In this document: one piece after another, positions 33,820-47,411 of the stretch
Position numbering within the stretch: the first letter of the stretch is position 1
How the letters are laid out: each line of letters begins with the position of its first letter
Assembly: GCA_001949185.1 (NCBI GenBank)
Contig: BDGG01000006.1
Span: 416,827-480,826, forward strand
From: Ramazzottius varieornatus
Lineage: Eukaryota; Animalia; Tardigrada
Reading direction: 5' to 3'
Length of the DNA: 64,000 bases
Notes under the pieces: model-generated
What the model was told of the DNA's origin: nothing
The model's database searches: none
Seen by the model: the letters and a program-made list of their open reading frames with translations, nothing else
Made by a program: the position numbers and the translations under genes

Positions 33820-35002
33820 CAGTGTTGTTCCGATAAGACTTTTGCAGTTTGAATTTTGCAGTTTGAATTACGATTAATCGAAATCCTTCGTGTAGCCGTA
33901 ATTCGAATTGCCGGTAGTTCGTCGTTACTGATGTGACGATTACAATTAATCGGAATTCAACTTTCGACAGCAATTCAAATTATTTGAATTAGTACGACGT
34001 CATTTTGTAATTTCAATTTTCAATATAGTATGTCCATAAAGCTGGTATTCCAGTCGCAGCGTACGGAATGCCCCTCTATCGCGCTACATCGATTATGCAG
34101 TGCCCTGGATGCTCCTGCAGATCAACTCTGTTATTTCCTGCAGCGCAGGCAGTAAGCTGCTTCGAGCAGCCTTCAAGCATGCACGTCGAGTGGTCGCCTC
34201 TTCGTCCTGTTCGAAGAAAATTTCAAACTGGCGAGTCCTTCTTCCTTCCCCCTACGGACCGCTCCACATTTGAAACTCCAACATTTTGAGTTCCAACAAA
34301 AATACTCAGCTCACTGGCAGCAGATGGTGACGGCAGAGGCACGGAATCCTCAGAGGATGTAATCAAGTCCACGACGGATTCTTTGCGAGATTTACTCGTG
34401 AAAGGCTTCTTTCCCATCTTCTGCGTATCGGACTTCCGCTTTCCCTTGCTATGGTTCTTGACCGTATTGAGATGTCAGTCTAAAAACTTGGAATAACATC
34501 AGCGATGAGTTCTGTACGTTTCATAAAGTCACTCGAAAATTCTTCGGCTTCATTTCCGGCGATGCTTTGCGAATTTATCTCCTTAGCAAATGAACGATCA
34601 ATGATAGGCAGTCGTGAGAGGCAGACTGCGAAAGTAAGCCCCGATGTACCAGCTTCTAAATGCACTAAATCAGGGGCAAGTTGGCGGATTGCACTGCGGG
34701 CTTGAAGCCGACAGCTGTAGATTTAACTGACGAAGTTGAATTTGCGCTTTTCGATTATACAGTACTGCGCAATTCAAATCGACCGTAGTATCTTATTCCA
34801 ATTATGCTCATTTCAATTGAGCCATTGTGTGATTTAAATTACGAATTAGAATACTCTAATCATTGGTCATTTGAATTTGAAGTCCGATTAATATCGAAAT
34901 ACGTTGGCAAAAGGTTCTCAATTTTAATCGTCGTATCGGAATTCTGAAAAGGCCAACATGGACCATTTTTGATTATGTATTACAATAATCGGAACAACAC
35001 CA
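33820..35002 (-). mobile_element. Decayed non-autonomous hAT-like DNA transposon with a BED zinc-finger remnant
   Basis: TIR cagtgttgttccgat versus atcggaacaacacca, and AT-rich subterminal motifs. The minus strand at ~34100-34240 reads RKKDSPV*NF...STCMLEGCSKQL...DLQEHPGH. The same TIR bounds 56705-56835. Confidence 0.6.
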
Positions 35003-38000
35003 TCTTGGGCTCAGAATCGAATCCAGCACAGACCTGCACTAGCGCCCGGCGCTAGGGTGCCGCGTCTAATATCGTGCATCGAATAGAAAAATTTATTTTG
35101 ATCGTATTTTCCTAGTATTAATTCCGTTTTGTTGTTTCCCGCACCTGCATGTATGACTTTCATCCGGCTATGTCATATTTTATCATATTCCTCCAGACCG
35201 TTATTGAGAGATATCCCTCTTCCCGGCTCTACCAGGCTGGCTAGGCCCAGCCCGACAAGCAAGGCTCAGCCTGCCCCCCGCCTGGGGATCCAGTACTCTG
35301 CGGTTTTAGGCGAGCTCATTCTTCAGAAAGGGTTTGACAATCCCAAATTCAAAATCGTTTAGTGATATGGTTCGATGCGTTCTCTACATGTTGGCCAACG
35401 AAATTCACTTGATAAATTTTGTAGTTTTCGAGATATATCCATGAAGTTGATTGGGTCAACCCGGAAGCCGCCTCTCTAAAATTTTCCGGAGAGGGTAACC
35501 GGGGACGCAAGGCATGTGGATGCTGACTTGTCAATCGGCGCGCTCTCTCGCTCGACTAGATGTAGTTCAGTCTGGTCATTTCACAAAGAGATCTAGATGA
35601 TCCGACTTGTCTGCAAGAGAGGAACGAAGACCACAATTACATGCCAACTCGTTAGTTACCTGATGGTGCACTGCAAAGCAGTAATAAAAATTAGCGTTGC
35701 AGCTGCATTACCAGAAACTAAGAGTACAGTACAGGCTCTTTTCGTAGAATTTTACCCTGAATTTTCATATGCTTCCTCTAAATTTTTCTATTGTTCACTC
35801 CCGTATAGATGCGATAGTCGGATAGCTCAGCAGATTTTGTGGAAGCAGATTTGACAACTTGGAGCTCGTGATTTTTTACCCGACTTCGCTCTGAAAAATC
35901 CTGGATAGGGTGTTTGAACAATATTGTAATGAGAAGAGACGGCAATGACCATTATATTACACGACGAAACAAGAGAATTGGCGTCCATAAAAATTTCCTG
36001 ATAATGCAGGTTGCCTGTGTGATTTCACGAGACTAACTAATTGCTCGACACAAGGAGCACGCACATGAGGATAGCGGCTCAGGTGCTCAGACGGCGCAAT
36101 CGAGACTGACACAATGACCAAGGGTGAAGCGATGCAGCGTAAAGATCTTCCGCAGGCACAGGGTGGATGTGGACTGGTCAAGCCAAGTTTCTTCGCTCAT
36201 TGGACGGTTGCTGTGTGACCCACCTCTACGGCTGACTGACGTCACACGCCGAACGGCCTGTTACCGGTGTGTCACAAAGCGACCTATCACTCGAACTTAC
36301 ACCGTGTTTCCCGTTTGCGCGTCGCCAACGGGTATACGCTCTCGCTACAATGGGTTCCAAAATCCGTTACGGTGGAGTTTTTTCGGTCCATGTTAATTTT
36401 GTCCACTGAGCGAAGAAGTTCGTCAGGCCCTCTCTCTGTCCGTCTTGCAAACTAGACAGACTTTTCAGCTTCACGGTGAAAATTCGACCCGACCACAGTC
36501 GAAATTAGGTTGAAAATAATTTGGTTAAAAATGAAGGAAACGATTCATCTACAATTCGTTTCCGAATCAAAACAGTTATGTTACAAAGCGTTAGTTTTGG
36601 CAATCGGGACTGACTATGGTTACCGACAAACTGCTTTCCTAAGTTATATTGACCCGTTTGTTTTAAAACTGCTCGATCAATGCTGTCAGCTGTCACCACC
36701 CTTTCAAAAAATTGGTTCTCTCCCAATGACCATTTCTGAGCGCTGTTTCCAATTTTGCCCCAACCTTCCCCTTTTAGAAAACTACTAGACGTCCCAAGTC
36801 GAACTACCGTAGTCGAAATATCGATCAAAAAAGCTCACGGCTCGACGGGAACAGTCGTGTAGAGACCCTTGTTTTCCCGTTGTTTTTCCAACGGTCCCAA
36901 AACAGACTTTTACTTCGAAAAATTTTGTTTGAGACAAGGAAAAGAAACCGCTGATACAGAACGATAGCGCATCTGATCTAGTATCGGACGCGCCAGAATT
37001 TGCGTGAATTGAGTCACGCTGGATTTTAGTAGACTGTGACAGCCGCCAGGTTGTAAGTTGTAACCGATTGACTGCTTGATTGACGTTGGTTCGACCGGAA
37101 CACTGCGAGAGTAACGAACCATCATCAACCCAGTCACGCCTGAACGTAGGTCTCGTCTGGACTTTGGAGCGCACGAAAGGGACGAATCTTAACGCAAGCT
37201 CCATCTGTGATTTACCCCTCGTCCCACATTTGTCTAGGGTAGAAAGGTGGAAAATCGTATATCAGAGAGACTCTAAGGTGGAAAAAAGGCACCAAAAGGC
37301 ACCGCTAGAGCAGGTGTGATCCAGCAACTACCTCTCCGACGGGGAAACTCTGAGGATGTGGTGATTAAAGCAAAGCTGGACCGGTATCCTCAAAGCAAAC
37401 TATGCGCAGCGGACCCGGCGTTCTTCGGACGATTCCTGGTGTTCATCAATCGCTTCAAAACCATCGCAGGCTTCGCAGCGTGTATCTTCTCTGATGAATT
37501 CATGATCCAAAAGTTCAGTTGGCACCCTGAGCACCACGCGATTTCGAGCTTGAATAGGTCACTTCCGCCTTTGTTTAACTGATTGAAACTAGAGGCGTCG
37601 CCAAACCGAGCCAAGCACCGCCTCCTCGATTGGCCGAAATTTGGAAATATGATGTACAGTGCGCAACTATCAACTTGAAACGGCCAACCTTCATGTTTTG
37701 CTTTTGACCAGCGGACAAATCTTTTCTCGAATCTGAAACATTTTCTAGATGTTTAAATGTTCGAACTCGGGCTCGAAATTGTACGGAGACACTGGCTCAA
37801 CTGAGAGCCCGACTGAGAGATTTTTTTCTGTAGTGAATGAATGTGCTTTATTGGTTTCAGTTTTCAAAACTCGAAAAATGTAGAACAAACAAAAAAGCCC
37901 AGCACAAACTAAACTTCCTCGTTCCGAGAATCCAGAACATAAAAGGTTTTTTCTAGACCGCGGGAAGGAGGAAAGGTTCCTGAGAGATAACTTTCTGGCC

Positions 38001-40130
38001 AGGACGAAATTTCTATCGAAAACGGAAGAAAATCCAGACAGTTTTGCAGTTTTTCGCTTTGATATAAGCTCACAGCTCATTGTCAGTGCAGACGGTCCAA
38101 AACGAATGCCGGTGAGGACGGGTTTCTATCCGGTAATTGCTGGGCGGTGATAAATACGAAAATTTCCCTAGCTAACAACGATTCTTCAAGTCCGCACCGT
38201 TCCGAGCCGGAATATTTATTCCAGAGCCACCTACACAGTCTAGGAGTATGCTCCAAATGTCTATTTTTCCGGTTTCGAGCTCAATTGCTGTTAAAAGACC
38301 AGTCCTAATAGGTAGATAGTTCACAACTCAGAAACAAAGAATGTCCTGCTGACTTCTGCACTAGCGATAGTCGCATGCGCATGTCAAAACGTAACGCAAC
38401 AATGACCGACCATTCAGCTCACGCACTAAAAGTACGGTGACACATCCGGCACTCAAAAAGCAATCACCGCATCAAGAATGTTGAAAACAAGTCAAGGTAC
38501 ACTTTTTCGTTATCGATCATCTTCCGGAATTACAGTAAACTTGGAATCATCAGCAAAGACTTGTTGGCGGAGGTTGGAACTCAGGAATCGGAGGTATCCT
38601 GTTGATGAAGACCAGAAGCCTTTCGAAGAAAACCAGATTAGATGCCTTTAGTCTCCACTCACTGAAGGTCGCCTTCGTAGTTATGTCCATTTCCATCATA
38701 CCCTGGTAATAGCCTGGTATTCCCTAGCAAACCGAAAGAAAATGAGGGACCTTGTTGCTGTCGATATTCTACAAGGCACGAACTTACACCGCCACTCCCT
38801 TCAGTTGGTCCGCCTTCTTAACGGCGCGGAGCACACTACCTTGCAAGTTGTCCAAAGCGTGTAGCAGCCACCGTGGTTGTTCGTCGGCATACGGCCAGAG
38901 AACCTGATCAGTGGTCAGCGCAGCCGTTGGCCATCGTTTTGCAAACCATAATATTGCGTGTAGTCTTCCTCATAATCCATCAGGTTGAGGACCGAATTAT
39001 CTAGCGAGGGCCGGAACTCCCACTCCATACCGCAATGTATATCCTGTCCGTGACGAACAGTGACGGTATGTGACTGGAGAAGGACCAGAAATTCCTGTTC
39101 GTCCTGCGCGGGTAGAGCCACACCGACATCCAGTAATCCAGCCATTTCCACGTATCTTGTTAATTCAACCAAGCTCGATGGATCGATACAGTCGTAGTCG
39201 TCGCGGGAGATGGACATTTTATAATGTGACATCCCTTCGGGTCCTCGGAAGCGCCCAACAAAGATGAAGTGACGTACGGCATTTCCCTTCAGTAGGGAGA
39301 GATCAGCCTATACATCCTGAACACACCGTGTCCTCGTCATAGCGATCGGCAGCTTTTACATAGTATTTTCACTAGCTCGGTCCTGAGTTTGCCATAGTGG
39401 TTTGCTGCACCACTTGCGTCCAACACAGGCATACTCACTCGCTAGTCACGTCTCAGCAATGCTTTCCACGAAGGGGACACCCTACGAATGCAACCATATG
39501 GTAACCAACATCAGACCTCAAATCCCGAATTCACATGTGACAAATCCGCCCGCTCGAGCCGCAGTCCAAACCGGTTTGTAACGTCACGGACATTCCGTGC
39601 GATACTGGCATATAGACCAAACAATTTCGTGACTATGACGTAGCACGGAGAAAACTACATAGGGGTTCAATAAGTTTTGAGGCACAGGCCACCTGAACGT
39701 GCTATTTTCCAGAGCACGCATTTAAGAGAGAGAGTACCATGTCTTCTAGCCACTATCCTCAAAAGAGGAGGTACCTGGCACTCGCACAGAAAGATAAATA
39801 TTTGTTGAAAAGATGCGAAAAACTCTTTCTAGGTTTTCTTCGTAAACTCGCGCATTCTGAGATTTTATTAATATCCTCATGTCATCCGCGCCGGTGGTGG
39901 AAATTTTGTTTCTGGAGTATCTGGGATAGGTGATTTTCCAGCCCTTCGACAAAAAGCAACTCAAGTATGGAGGGAATAGAGAGTGAAAGTTAGGTTTCAT
40001 CAGGAATGGAAATCTGGCGGAGAAAACAGAAATGCTACTGAAAGCATGGTAAGTGTGCTACATAACAGGTACGGTTGGTCGAAAGTGTGATGCTCACTTC
40101 GCAGTTTCGGGCGCCAAAATGTGAACCGTA

Positions 40131-40303
40131 CATTGCCAGGGAGTCTGGACCAGGCGGAAACAACGGCAAATTAAGAATTCAACAATAGAAAGTTGTCAGA
40201 AAGTACATTAAGCGATTTAGTCGCGTGCGTACGAACTCGTACCGCGGTTTGGGGATCGCCTATTCCCAACTTCTTACTGGCCCAAACTTTCTCGGCCTGC
40301 GTG
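40131..40303. mobile_element. MITE family A, degenerate copy
   Basis: caggcggaaac...aattcaac..tagaaa core and the cttactggcccaaactttctcggcctgcgtg-TA end. Confidence 0.55.
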
Positions 40304-40492
40304 TATCTGTGATGCATCCCACATTACACCATCGCAGATATGGTTGCTACAAACACCCACCATCTTTTCCTATGGAAACATGAGCTACATTGGCTTACCA
40401 GTATCCAGAAACTATGTGCCCTATGGGCTTTAGACCATCCGCCGTATTATCTCGGGCTATAACATTGTTTCGTCGCAATACGAACGTATCGA

Positions 40493-42105
40493 GTGTTGTA
40501 CTCATCAATCATGTTACTGAAACCGATGTAGCGGACGAAAGGATACACTGTCAAGTTCGCCTGAATTCTTCTACTGTTGGTTTCCTCAAAGAAGAAAGTT
40601 GCGGCAGGTACGCGCGCAAGTGGAGCTCTTGACCATTGCGATTTGTGCACATTGATATGCTAACATTCAAAGACATTTTGCAGAAATTACTGAGTGCGCA
40701 GTGTGCTATACACTGAACGCAACGTTCTCAAGGAATATGCCAAACATCGGGGAAAAAGTTTGCGTTTCGAACGCCTTACAAGATTCAACAAAGTGCAGCT
40801 CTCTGCCATATACAGTATGGCGGGTGTTCCGGCAGCCAACATAACTTCTGAAGCCTTCTTTGTCTACCAAGCCGATGGAACAGCAGGTAAGAAAATCAAT
40901 TTGTTCGAAAGAAAAATGGAACAAGCCTTGTTTGTTGCAAAATGTCGTTGCCTTTGCGCAGCACTTCATCGTACAACTGAGCGATTGTCCCTATCAGTTA
41001 GTTTACTCTACCTCAGAAATGCCCATCAAGGGTACAGGCAAACTTTTGGTCCTTGCCGGAGTCGATTGACAATCAAACCATTACGAGAATGCACGCTGCA
41101 CGAGTCACCATCGAGAGGAAAGGCAAACCACTGACTCGACTCATGAGCACTAAAGGCGAAATTTGGCAAAATTTGGCCTTAAGCCATTTCTGTTTCGTTC
41201 TGTCCATGTGGTATGCCTGGTGTTCGCATTGCACCACGTGCCAGTGTTAAAGCAAACAACGTTGTACGCGAATACAGGTTCGCTTCTGCTTGCTTGCACA
41301 AAAACTTAGGCCATCGTACAACACTCGCATAGTATGATCCGGACCACGTCCATGCAATCGCGGCCAGCACGGCGGCGTTTTTAGCCATTTCTATTGCCTA
41401 TAATCAAGGGAGACTGCTCAGGTAATTTGCTCAGGGCCGGATTCGATTTCAACAGGCTTTGTGCTACCTTTCACTGACCAAGTTAATATGACGTCGTGCG
41501 TGGAAGGTGAGTCGGATCTTGCTAACAGTGAGCATCGGCCGCGCAGCTCCTAGCGTTTTGATCAACAGTAAAGTCTTCAGCAACGTTTTGGTTGAGTGAG
41601 ACGACGGATCACTGTCAGTCAATAGGACTAGGGTATCAGTGCCCAACGATAAGCGAGTGGGTGTGGATGTATGTCTTGCCGTGTCATAAAACGTGACTGT
41701 TTTGCAGTTGGAACCGCCTTTCGAGATTGCGTGGATCTAAGAGGATCATTGACCGGCGACGTCACCATTGTCAAAGCAACCCGTGCACCTGGGGGAATCG
41801 CTGTATGCCCTTCGCAATATAGCAGAGGCGGAGTTGCAACTTGCCATTGCACTACTGGAAACAACTGCAACAGCGCAAACATTGCAAGAAATGGTGCATC
41901 GCCGGCATGGTCAATGGACACTGCTGGCAGTTTGAATACGGCTGCTAATCCGTTGGTTCCAGCGGGAGGTAGTCAAGCTGACGTTGCCGTCAATAGCGTC
42001 TCGACTCCCTCATCAAATGGTTCAAACACAGCGAAGTACTGCTCTGGCACGGTCCTTACCATTATCGCTGTCAGTCTGGCTCTGTTGATCTTCCAGCTCA
42101 GCTAG
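40493..42105 (+). pseudogene. Ly6/three-finger GPI-anchored protein, copy 1 (pseudogene)
   Basis: Three exons homologous to copies 2-4. Exon 1 starts with GTG and has two in-frame stops, and exon 2 has a frameshift. Exon 3 (41708-42105) is open: RDC...C...CHCTTGNNCN plus a hydrophobic tail. Confidence 0.75.
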
Positions 42106-42219
42106 ACATTCAGTCATAATTACTGACTTTTGGCCTACATAAGGCCAGTCAGTCTTTGAGTGACATAATCCAACTATCTCCTGTCACTCTCTGGCGTTCG
42201 TTGTTTTCAATGTACAGTA

Positions 42220-42634
42220 CACGCAAGACGGATAATTATGGGACAGTAAGAATTATGGGACAGGCTTTCTCGCTACGGCGTGACGGAAGCACGTACGTGA
42301 ACGACCGATTTACAATTGGGTATCTTCATATGAGAATGCATCCAAATCATCTTCGCTCGGAACTGGCCTTGTATGACATCGAGTTCTTCGTAATGTTGAA
42401 CTGTACCGTGGGCTCAATTTGCTACACTTTGCCGCGGTAATGAAATCAGAACGAATAGCTGAAAGATATGAGAATACCACCCGTAAAACACAGGAATGTT
42501 GTTTCGGCTTCGTGATCCTGAGACATTCTCATATGGGGATACCTACTTAGTATTGTACGTATCCACATTTTTCTACGGTTGAATTTCCATTTTGCCGTCG
42601 TTTCCGCCTATCCCATAATTACCCATCGTGCGTG
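42220..42634. mobile_element. MITE family A copy carrying a nested MITE (42315-42547)
   Basis: Outer TA-CACGC...GCGTG-TA. The inner TIR ggtatc(tt/cc)catatgagaatg sits at the position of a TA in the uninterrupted copy. Confidence 0.8.
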
Positions 42635-43108
42635 TACTTTTATTCGTGCTGAATTAAAACGATCGTTCCAGAAGATCCTTTGCAGATAAAGTTATGACAT
42701 GATGACCGAAGTATGGACAGGAACTTTTTACGTCTGGTCGGGAACACTAGTTCGGTGAAGCTTTCCTCGGATCACTGATTCGTGTTATGGATAATGCACT
42801 ATACTAGTTCAGAGTTTTCGGTTACCGCCATATCTCTGTTTCGTCTGGTTGGTTAACGTATGAATTCCGGTTAGGAAAGCGCTGTTTCTCCTGAGTAATG
42901 ATAAGAGAATTTCTTATTCTTAGCACAACACTTTTGACCCTGCCTATGTGTTTTCCAGCTTGAGCTTGACTGTGGTCGATTTTAGCCGCCTTTTCTATGG
43001 AGACTCAGAACCAAGGTGACTTTCCATTATTCAGGAATGATTTTTTAAGATTGTCCGACGCATGATTTCAGTGCTAACAGTGTTCTGGCGCAGTACGAAT
43101 GGTATCAG

Positions 43109-45492
43109 ATGTTTTACTCATCAATCATGCTTTTGAGACCTATGCGAGTGACTGGAGGATACAGTCTGAGCTTTGCTTTGAAGCTTTTGACCGTGCTACT
43201 GGGCTGCTCAAAGAAGGAAGTCGCAGCAGGTAGGCTCTCAACTGACGCTGGGACCCTTGTGTTTTGTACCTCTTCAAGTTCACATCTTACTCGAAAACTC
43301 ATTTTTTAGGCATTGCCGATTGCGTGGTTTGCAGTACCAAGATATCTACAAACCCACCTAGCATGCCAAGCACTGACAACAACGATTGCTTTTCGAACTC
43401 CCTGCAATACACAACGAAGTGCAGCTCTCTGTCATACTTGACTGGTGTTGCGGCCGACAGCATAAGTTGCAGTGTGTTATTTTATCATGATAAGGATGGA
43501 AAGACAGGTACTTGTTTTAAATCGCTTCGGAAGAAACTCGAATAAACTTGCGTACTGTGAAGAAGTCGTTGCGCGTGCGTAGTGTTTCATACATGTGATT
43601 CGGTGATGTGAAGTGCACGCGCCTAGCCTAAATGTGGGTATGGACAAAACCATGAGCAGCGGAGCGAAAGCGGCATCCGCTAGCTGAAGTCGACCAATCG
43701 ATTAAATCAGTGGAAGCAACGCCGCTTTCGCTCCTGTACCCGCAGTTTTGTCCATGCCCACATTTAGGTCAGGCCCGTCTACCGGCGCTGGTTTTTTGTC
43801 GGCAACCGTTTCGGGTGGCTGGCGAAGATACCGCTGTGAATCATGGGGACCGAAAGAAAGCCGCGTTGGGCGATAATGCCGGAACGTACAGCCTGAGGGG
43901 GCCAAGTGACTACCACTTGTATAAAGCGCTTTGAAAATTCGTTTTATGTCTTCTTCCCCCAGTCTGTCCCACTTTTCATACAGCTTGTCAAGCAGTTTCC
44001 AATGAGATGCGGCACATTCACGTCGGCTGAGGTATAGTATGGAAAAGCTGGCCAGTGTGACTACCGGTGGGGAAGTCCTCTCTTCCTCACCGAAATGTCA
44101 TTTCTAAAATTCTCCGTTCCAAAACCAAACTCTAGTTCGATCTCAGCGTATGTAGAGCTTTCCAGACTGTCATCAGAAATAAAAAAATATCACAGAAACA
44201 CCAGGCTGAATTGACAAATGAATTAACACTGTCGAACTTAACCAGTTTGCCGGGAAAACTGCTTTTGCGGTAAAAATCATAGCTCTTGTCCTGAGCGGTA
44301 AATCAATGGTGTCGAACACTCCTCCTGTAGCCTATTGCTGTTCTAGTTATATCAAACAAACTTACCGCAGGACCTCAACGCAAAAGATAAATTTTGGAAG
44401 ACGGCCCTGGAAGCTGCAAAAGGCGATGGATTTTTCTCTGTGGACGTTCACTGGTTTTCTGTCAATTTTGAGTTCCTCTGATCAGATTCCTGGCCTGTAA
44501 ATTTTCAAGAGGTAGTAAAGAGGACGTTGAACCAAGCAAAATTAGTTTTGAAGTCCGGCAACAACCCGGTCAAGATCGCCCTAATTATATAGGTGGTAGT
44601 CACTTGGACCCCTCCGGCTGTATACTCGGTGGTAAACAATCTCGAATGAAATCGTTTACCCGCCGCTTTTCATTCCAGACTACCAACGCGCGGGCCAAGC
44701 AGACCGTCTAAATTTAGTTCTGATTGCTGTTGGTGGCCTCGGTGCTACAGCCCGCACATTGCAGCGCGTTCCACCAAACTAGTCAAAACTGAAATCAGGT
44801 TGTATGAGGGGGCGCGCGCAGTCATTTCCAACGGGGAACAGCTGATCGACACGCGGTCGTTTCGGTTGCCTTCGTTCCAACAGCACGTCAAGAGAAAGGC
44901 CATGGCGTCTGCCTGTTTTCCATTTTCTAATGGCAATCAGCCAATGAGCTCCGGCCACTCAACGTCGAGCTGCCCCTTAGGTCTCAGACCCAAACTACCC
45001 CATTTACAGCGCCTCTTGGCAGTGACCGGTGAGATTTTCTTGCCTATCGTACAGTATACTGGTTGAGCTATGTAGTATTTTTAAATCGTGCCGCGAACTT
45101 TCTGCTTTTCAGTCGTCGGCGCGTATCGGGACTGTATAAATTTCGCTGTTGCTTGAGTTGGCCCCGCTATTCTTAAGGCAGCGCGCGCTCCTGGAGGAAC
45201 AACCGCCTGCCCAGCGAGTCTAGCTTCGATGTGCATGTGCACTACTGGGAACAACTGCATCAACGCAACCCTTGCAGGAAGTAATCCAGCCGCACTACCG
45301 TCCGTCGGCCCTGTCAATCCGGGTGCTGTTGATTCACAAGCCGCAGATAGTCAAGCTGATGTTGCCGCCAACAGCCTCTCGACTGCCCCACCAAGTGGAT
45401 CAAACACGGCAGAGCAGTGCACCAGCATGATCGTGACAATCGTCGGTGTTTGTTTCGTCTCATTACTCCTTTTAATGCAGCTCCACATTTGA
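43109..45492 (+). pseudogene. Ly6/three-finger GPI-anchored protein, copy 2 (probable pseudogene)
   Basis: Exons ~43109-43229, 43310-43507 and 45113-45492. In-frame TGA at 45154-45156 in exon 3, and the terminal CN motif is changed to CI. Confidence 0.72.
43626..43772. repeat. ~150-bp imperfect hairpin (MITE-like) in intron 2 of Ly6 copy 2
   Basis: cctaaatgtgggtatggacaaaac...ggagcgaaagcggc pairs with gccgctttcgctcc...gttttgtccatgcccacatttagg. Confidence 0.7.
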
Positions 45493-45916
45493 CGAGTGCG
45501 TTGCAGTTCTTTAACTTTGCAAACTGTGTACTTTCATGTACTACTGTCCACGAACTTCCCTCTGACGCTTTCGGCATTCGCTGTCAATAATGTTATATAC
45601 TAAGCACATTAAGTTGCCAGTCCCCGTTCACGTTCCCACTGTAGCTAAGGCTTGCTCCGCCCCTTTTGTGACGTGTAACTACAATTTGCTTCCCGGAGCT
45701 CCCCTTATTTTCCGAAAATAAGGGGAGTCGGCATTCCGGTTAGATAGCATTGGAAAGCATGATGGTTGCCCAACTATTCAAGGTTGTGGCTCGAAAATCG
45801 ATTTTTGATTTCGCCATAAATTCATTTTATGGTGATCATTTGACGTTCCTGCTCTTTGTTGTAGTATTATTTCTTGTACAGCGTCACAGGTCTTCCTTAG
45901 GGGAAGGAAAGTGAAC

Positions 45917-46928
45917 ATGGAGGGCGAGGAAGAGTTTTCTGTCGACGCTGCATTGGGAGTGGGATCCCCAGCATCGGTGACAAGCGGAGGAGCTGCAGCC
46001 AAGTTCGCACGACTACAATGGGACGAGGACAGCCAAGTTCGCCTCCTTCGTCAGTATCGCACCACAGTGGAAGTTTTCGCAGGTACCGATACAGAGATGT
46101 GGAATGATATATTCCAGAAGCTCAGATCAGCTGGGATGAAGCTGAAGACTGCCCGTTCTGCCAGAGACAAGTCGACAGAAATGATCAAGGCGTTCAAGGC
46201 ATCGAATCGCCTTGACGAGTGGAAATCGGGAGATCCCGGGACCTTCACAGAAAAAGAGCAGCTGTTGGTTGAGCTAGTCAATCATCTCAAAGAGCATGAA
46301 GGGAAGCGTCGAAAGAAGCAGTCTGTCAAGAAGGTGCTGGAAGATGAGAAGCAGTCGCGCAAAGACAAGAAGATGATGGACGCGACCACCTTCAGCAAGC
46401 GCAAACGTCGCTTCAATGGAGCTCGTGAGCTGACTCCTGATCCTCTGGACGGTAAGTTTTTCGAGTTTCAGGTAAGATCGCGCTGCCATTACTGAGATGG
46501 GTATTCAGGTGAAATGGCGAGAGATTGCAACAGGTATCAAATCCCAGGTGCGGCACTTGACCCGGGTCAAGTGGCGTATCCTTACCCAGGTCAAGTGGCG
46601 CACATGAAATGTGTTGCTTTTAGGTGGGAAGTCGGACGAAGAAGTCACCAATACACCAGAGCGTGAACGTACTAGCTATAACCACATGATCAGGACTTTC
46701 TTGGACGGTTCTTCAGATGTGAAGATGAAGGAGCTGCAGCTCAAGCAGGAACAGCTGGAAGTGGAGCGTGGCCGTGAGTCTTGTCTGGCCGAAGAAAACA
46801 AAATGATGAACGATCTGGAACTCAAGCGAATGGAAGTTGACAAGCAGAAGGACGAATCTAACCGTAAGCGAGATGAACTGATGGCTGCTGTCATGATGGA
46901 AGGGTTGAAAGGTCTGAAGAAAGATTGA
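45917..46928 (+). CDS. Transposon-encoded Myb/SANT-like DNA-binding protein with a coiled-coil C-terminus
   Basis: Exons 45917-46451 and 46624-46928 join in phase. LQWDEDSQVRLL...MWNDIFQKL...ARSARDK...KSGDPGTFTEKEQLLVEL, followed by an E/K/R-rich tail. Confidence 0.8.
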
Positions 46929-47411
46929 GCATCGCTTCGAGATAAGCTCTACAGGTGAATTTATACCTGCGTACTTTCCTACCTTTACCAAACGTCCTGA
47001 CATTCCTTGCCTTATAGTGAAGTCAATAATCAAGGTACTCTCGCTTCTTACTTATTTGGTAAGGCTGTTTTTGATCAGAATTGTGTTAAACCAGATTCTA
47101 TGCAAAAAACGTTTCGCGGTGCGTGGCATAAATAACAGCATAACGAATCGGAAATGCGCCACTTTTGCGGGAACCGGAAACCGGTTGGGCAACTTCGCCG
47201 GCCTGTAGTTGGGTAACTCCGTCGGTATTTACTTAGGCAACTCTACCGGCACGTTTCGCGGTTTCGACCACTTCCAGCACACAATATAAGGATAGAACGA
47301 TACTAGGCCGCGCGAGTTTAGACGGGTACTAGGATTCGCGAGACGTGTCATGTAGCCCACTATTGGATGAAGCCAGAACTTCTTTCGGTTTGCGAGATAT
47401 GTCTTTTGATT

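Noticed and set aside
38560-39330. 105-aa ORF with flanking coding-like fragments
   Set aside because: Interrupted by stops and has no recognisable motif; at most an unassignable pseudogene.
45154-45156. In-frame TGA in Ly6 copy 2 as selenocysteine or readthrough
   Set aside because: It does not align with a conserved Cys, the CN motif is also damaged, no SECIS is evident and the neighbouring copy is a pseudogene.
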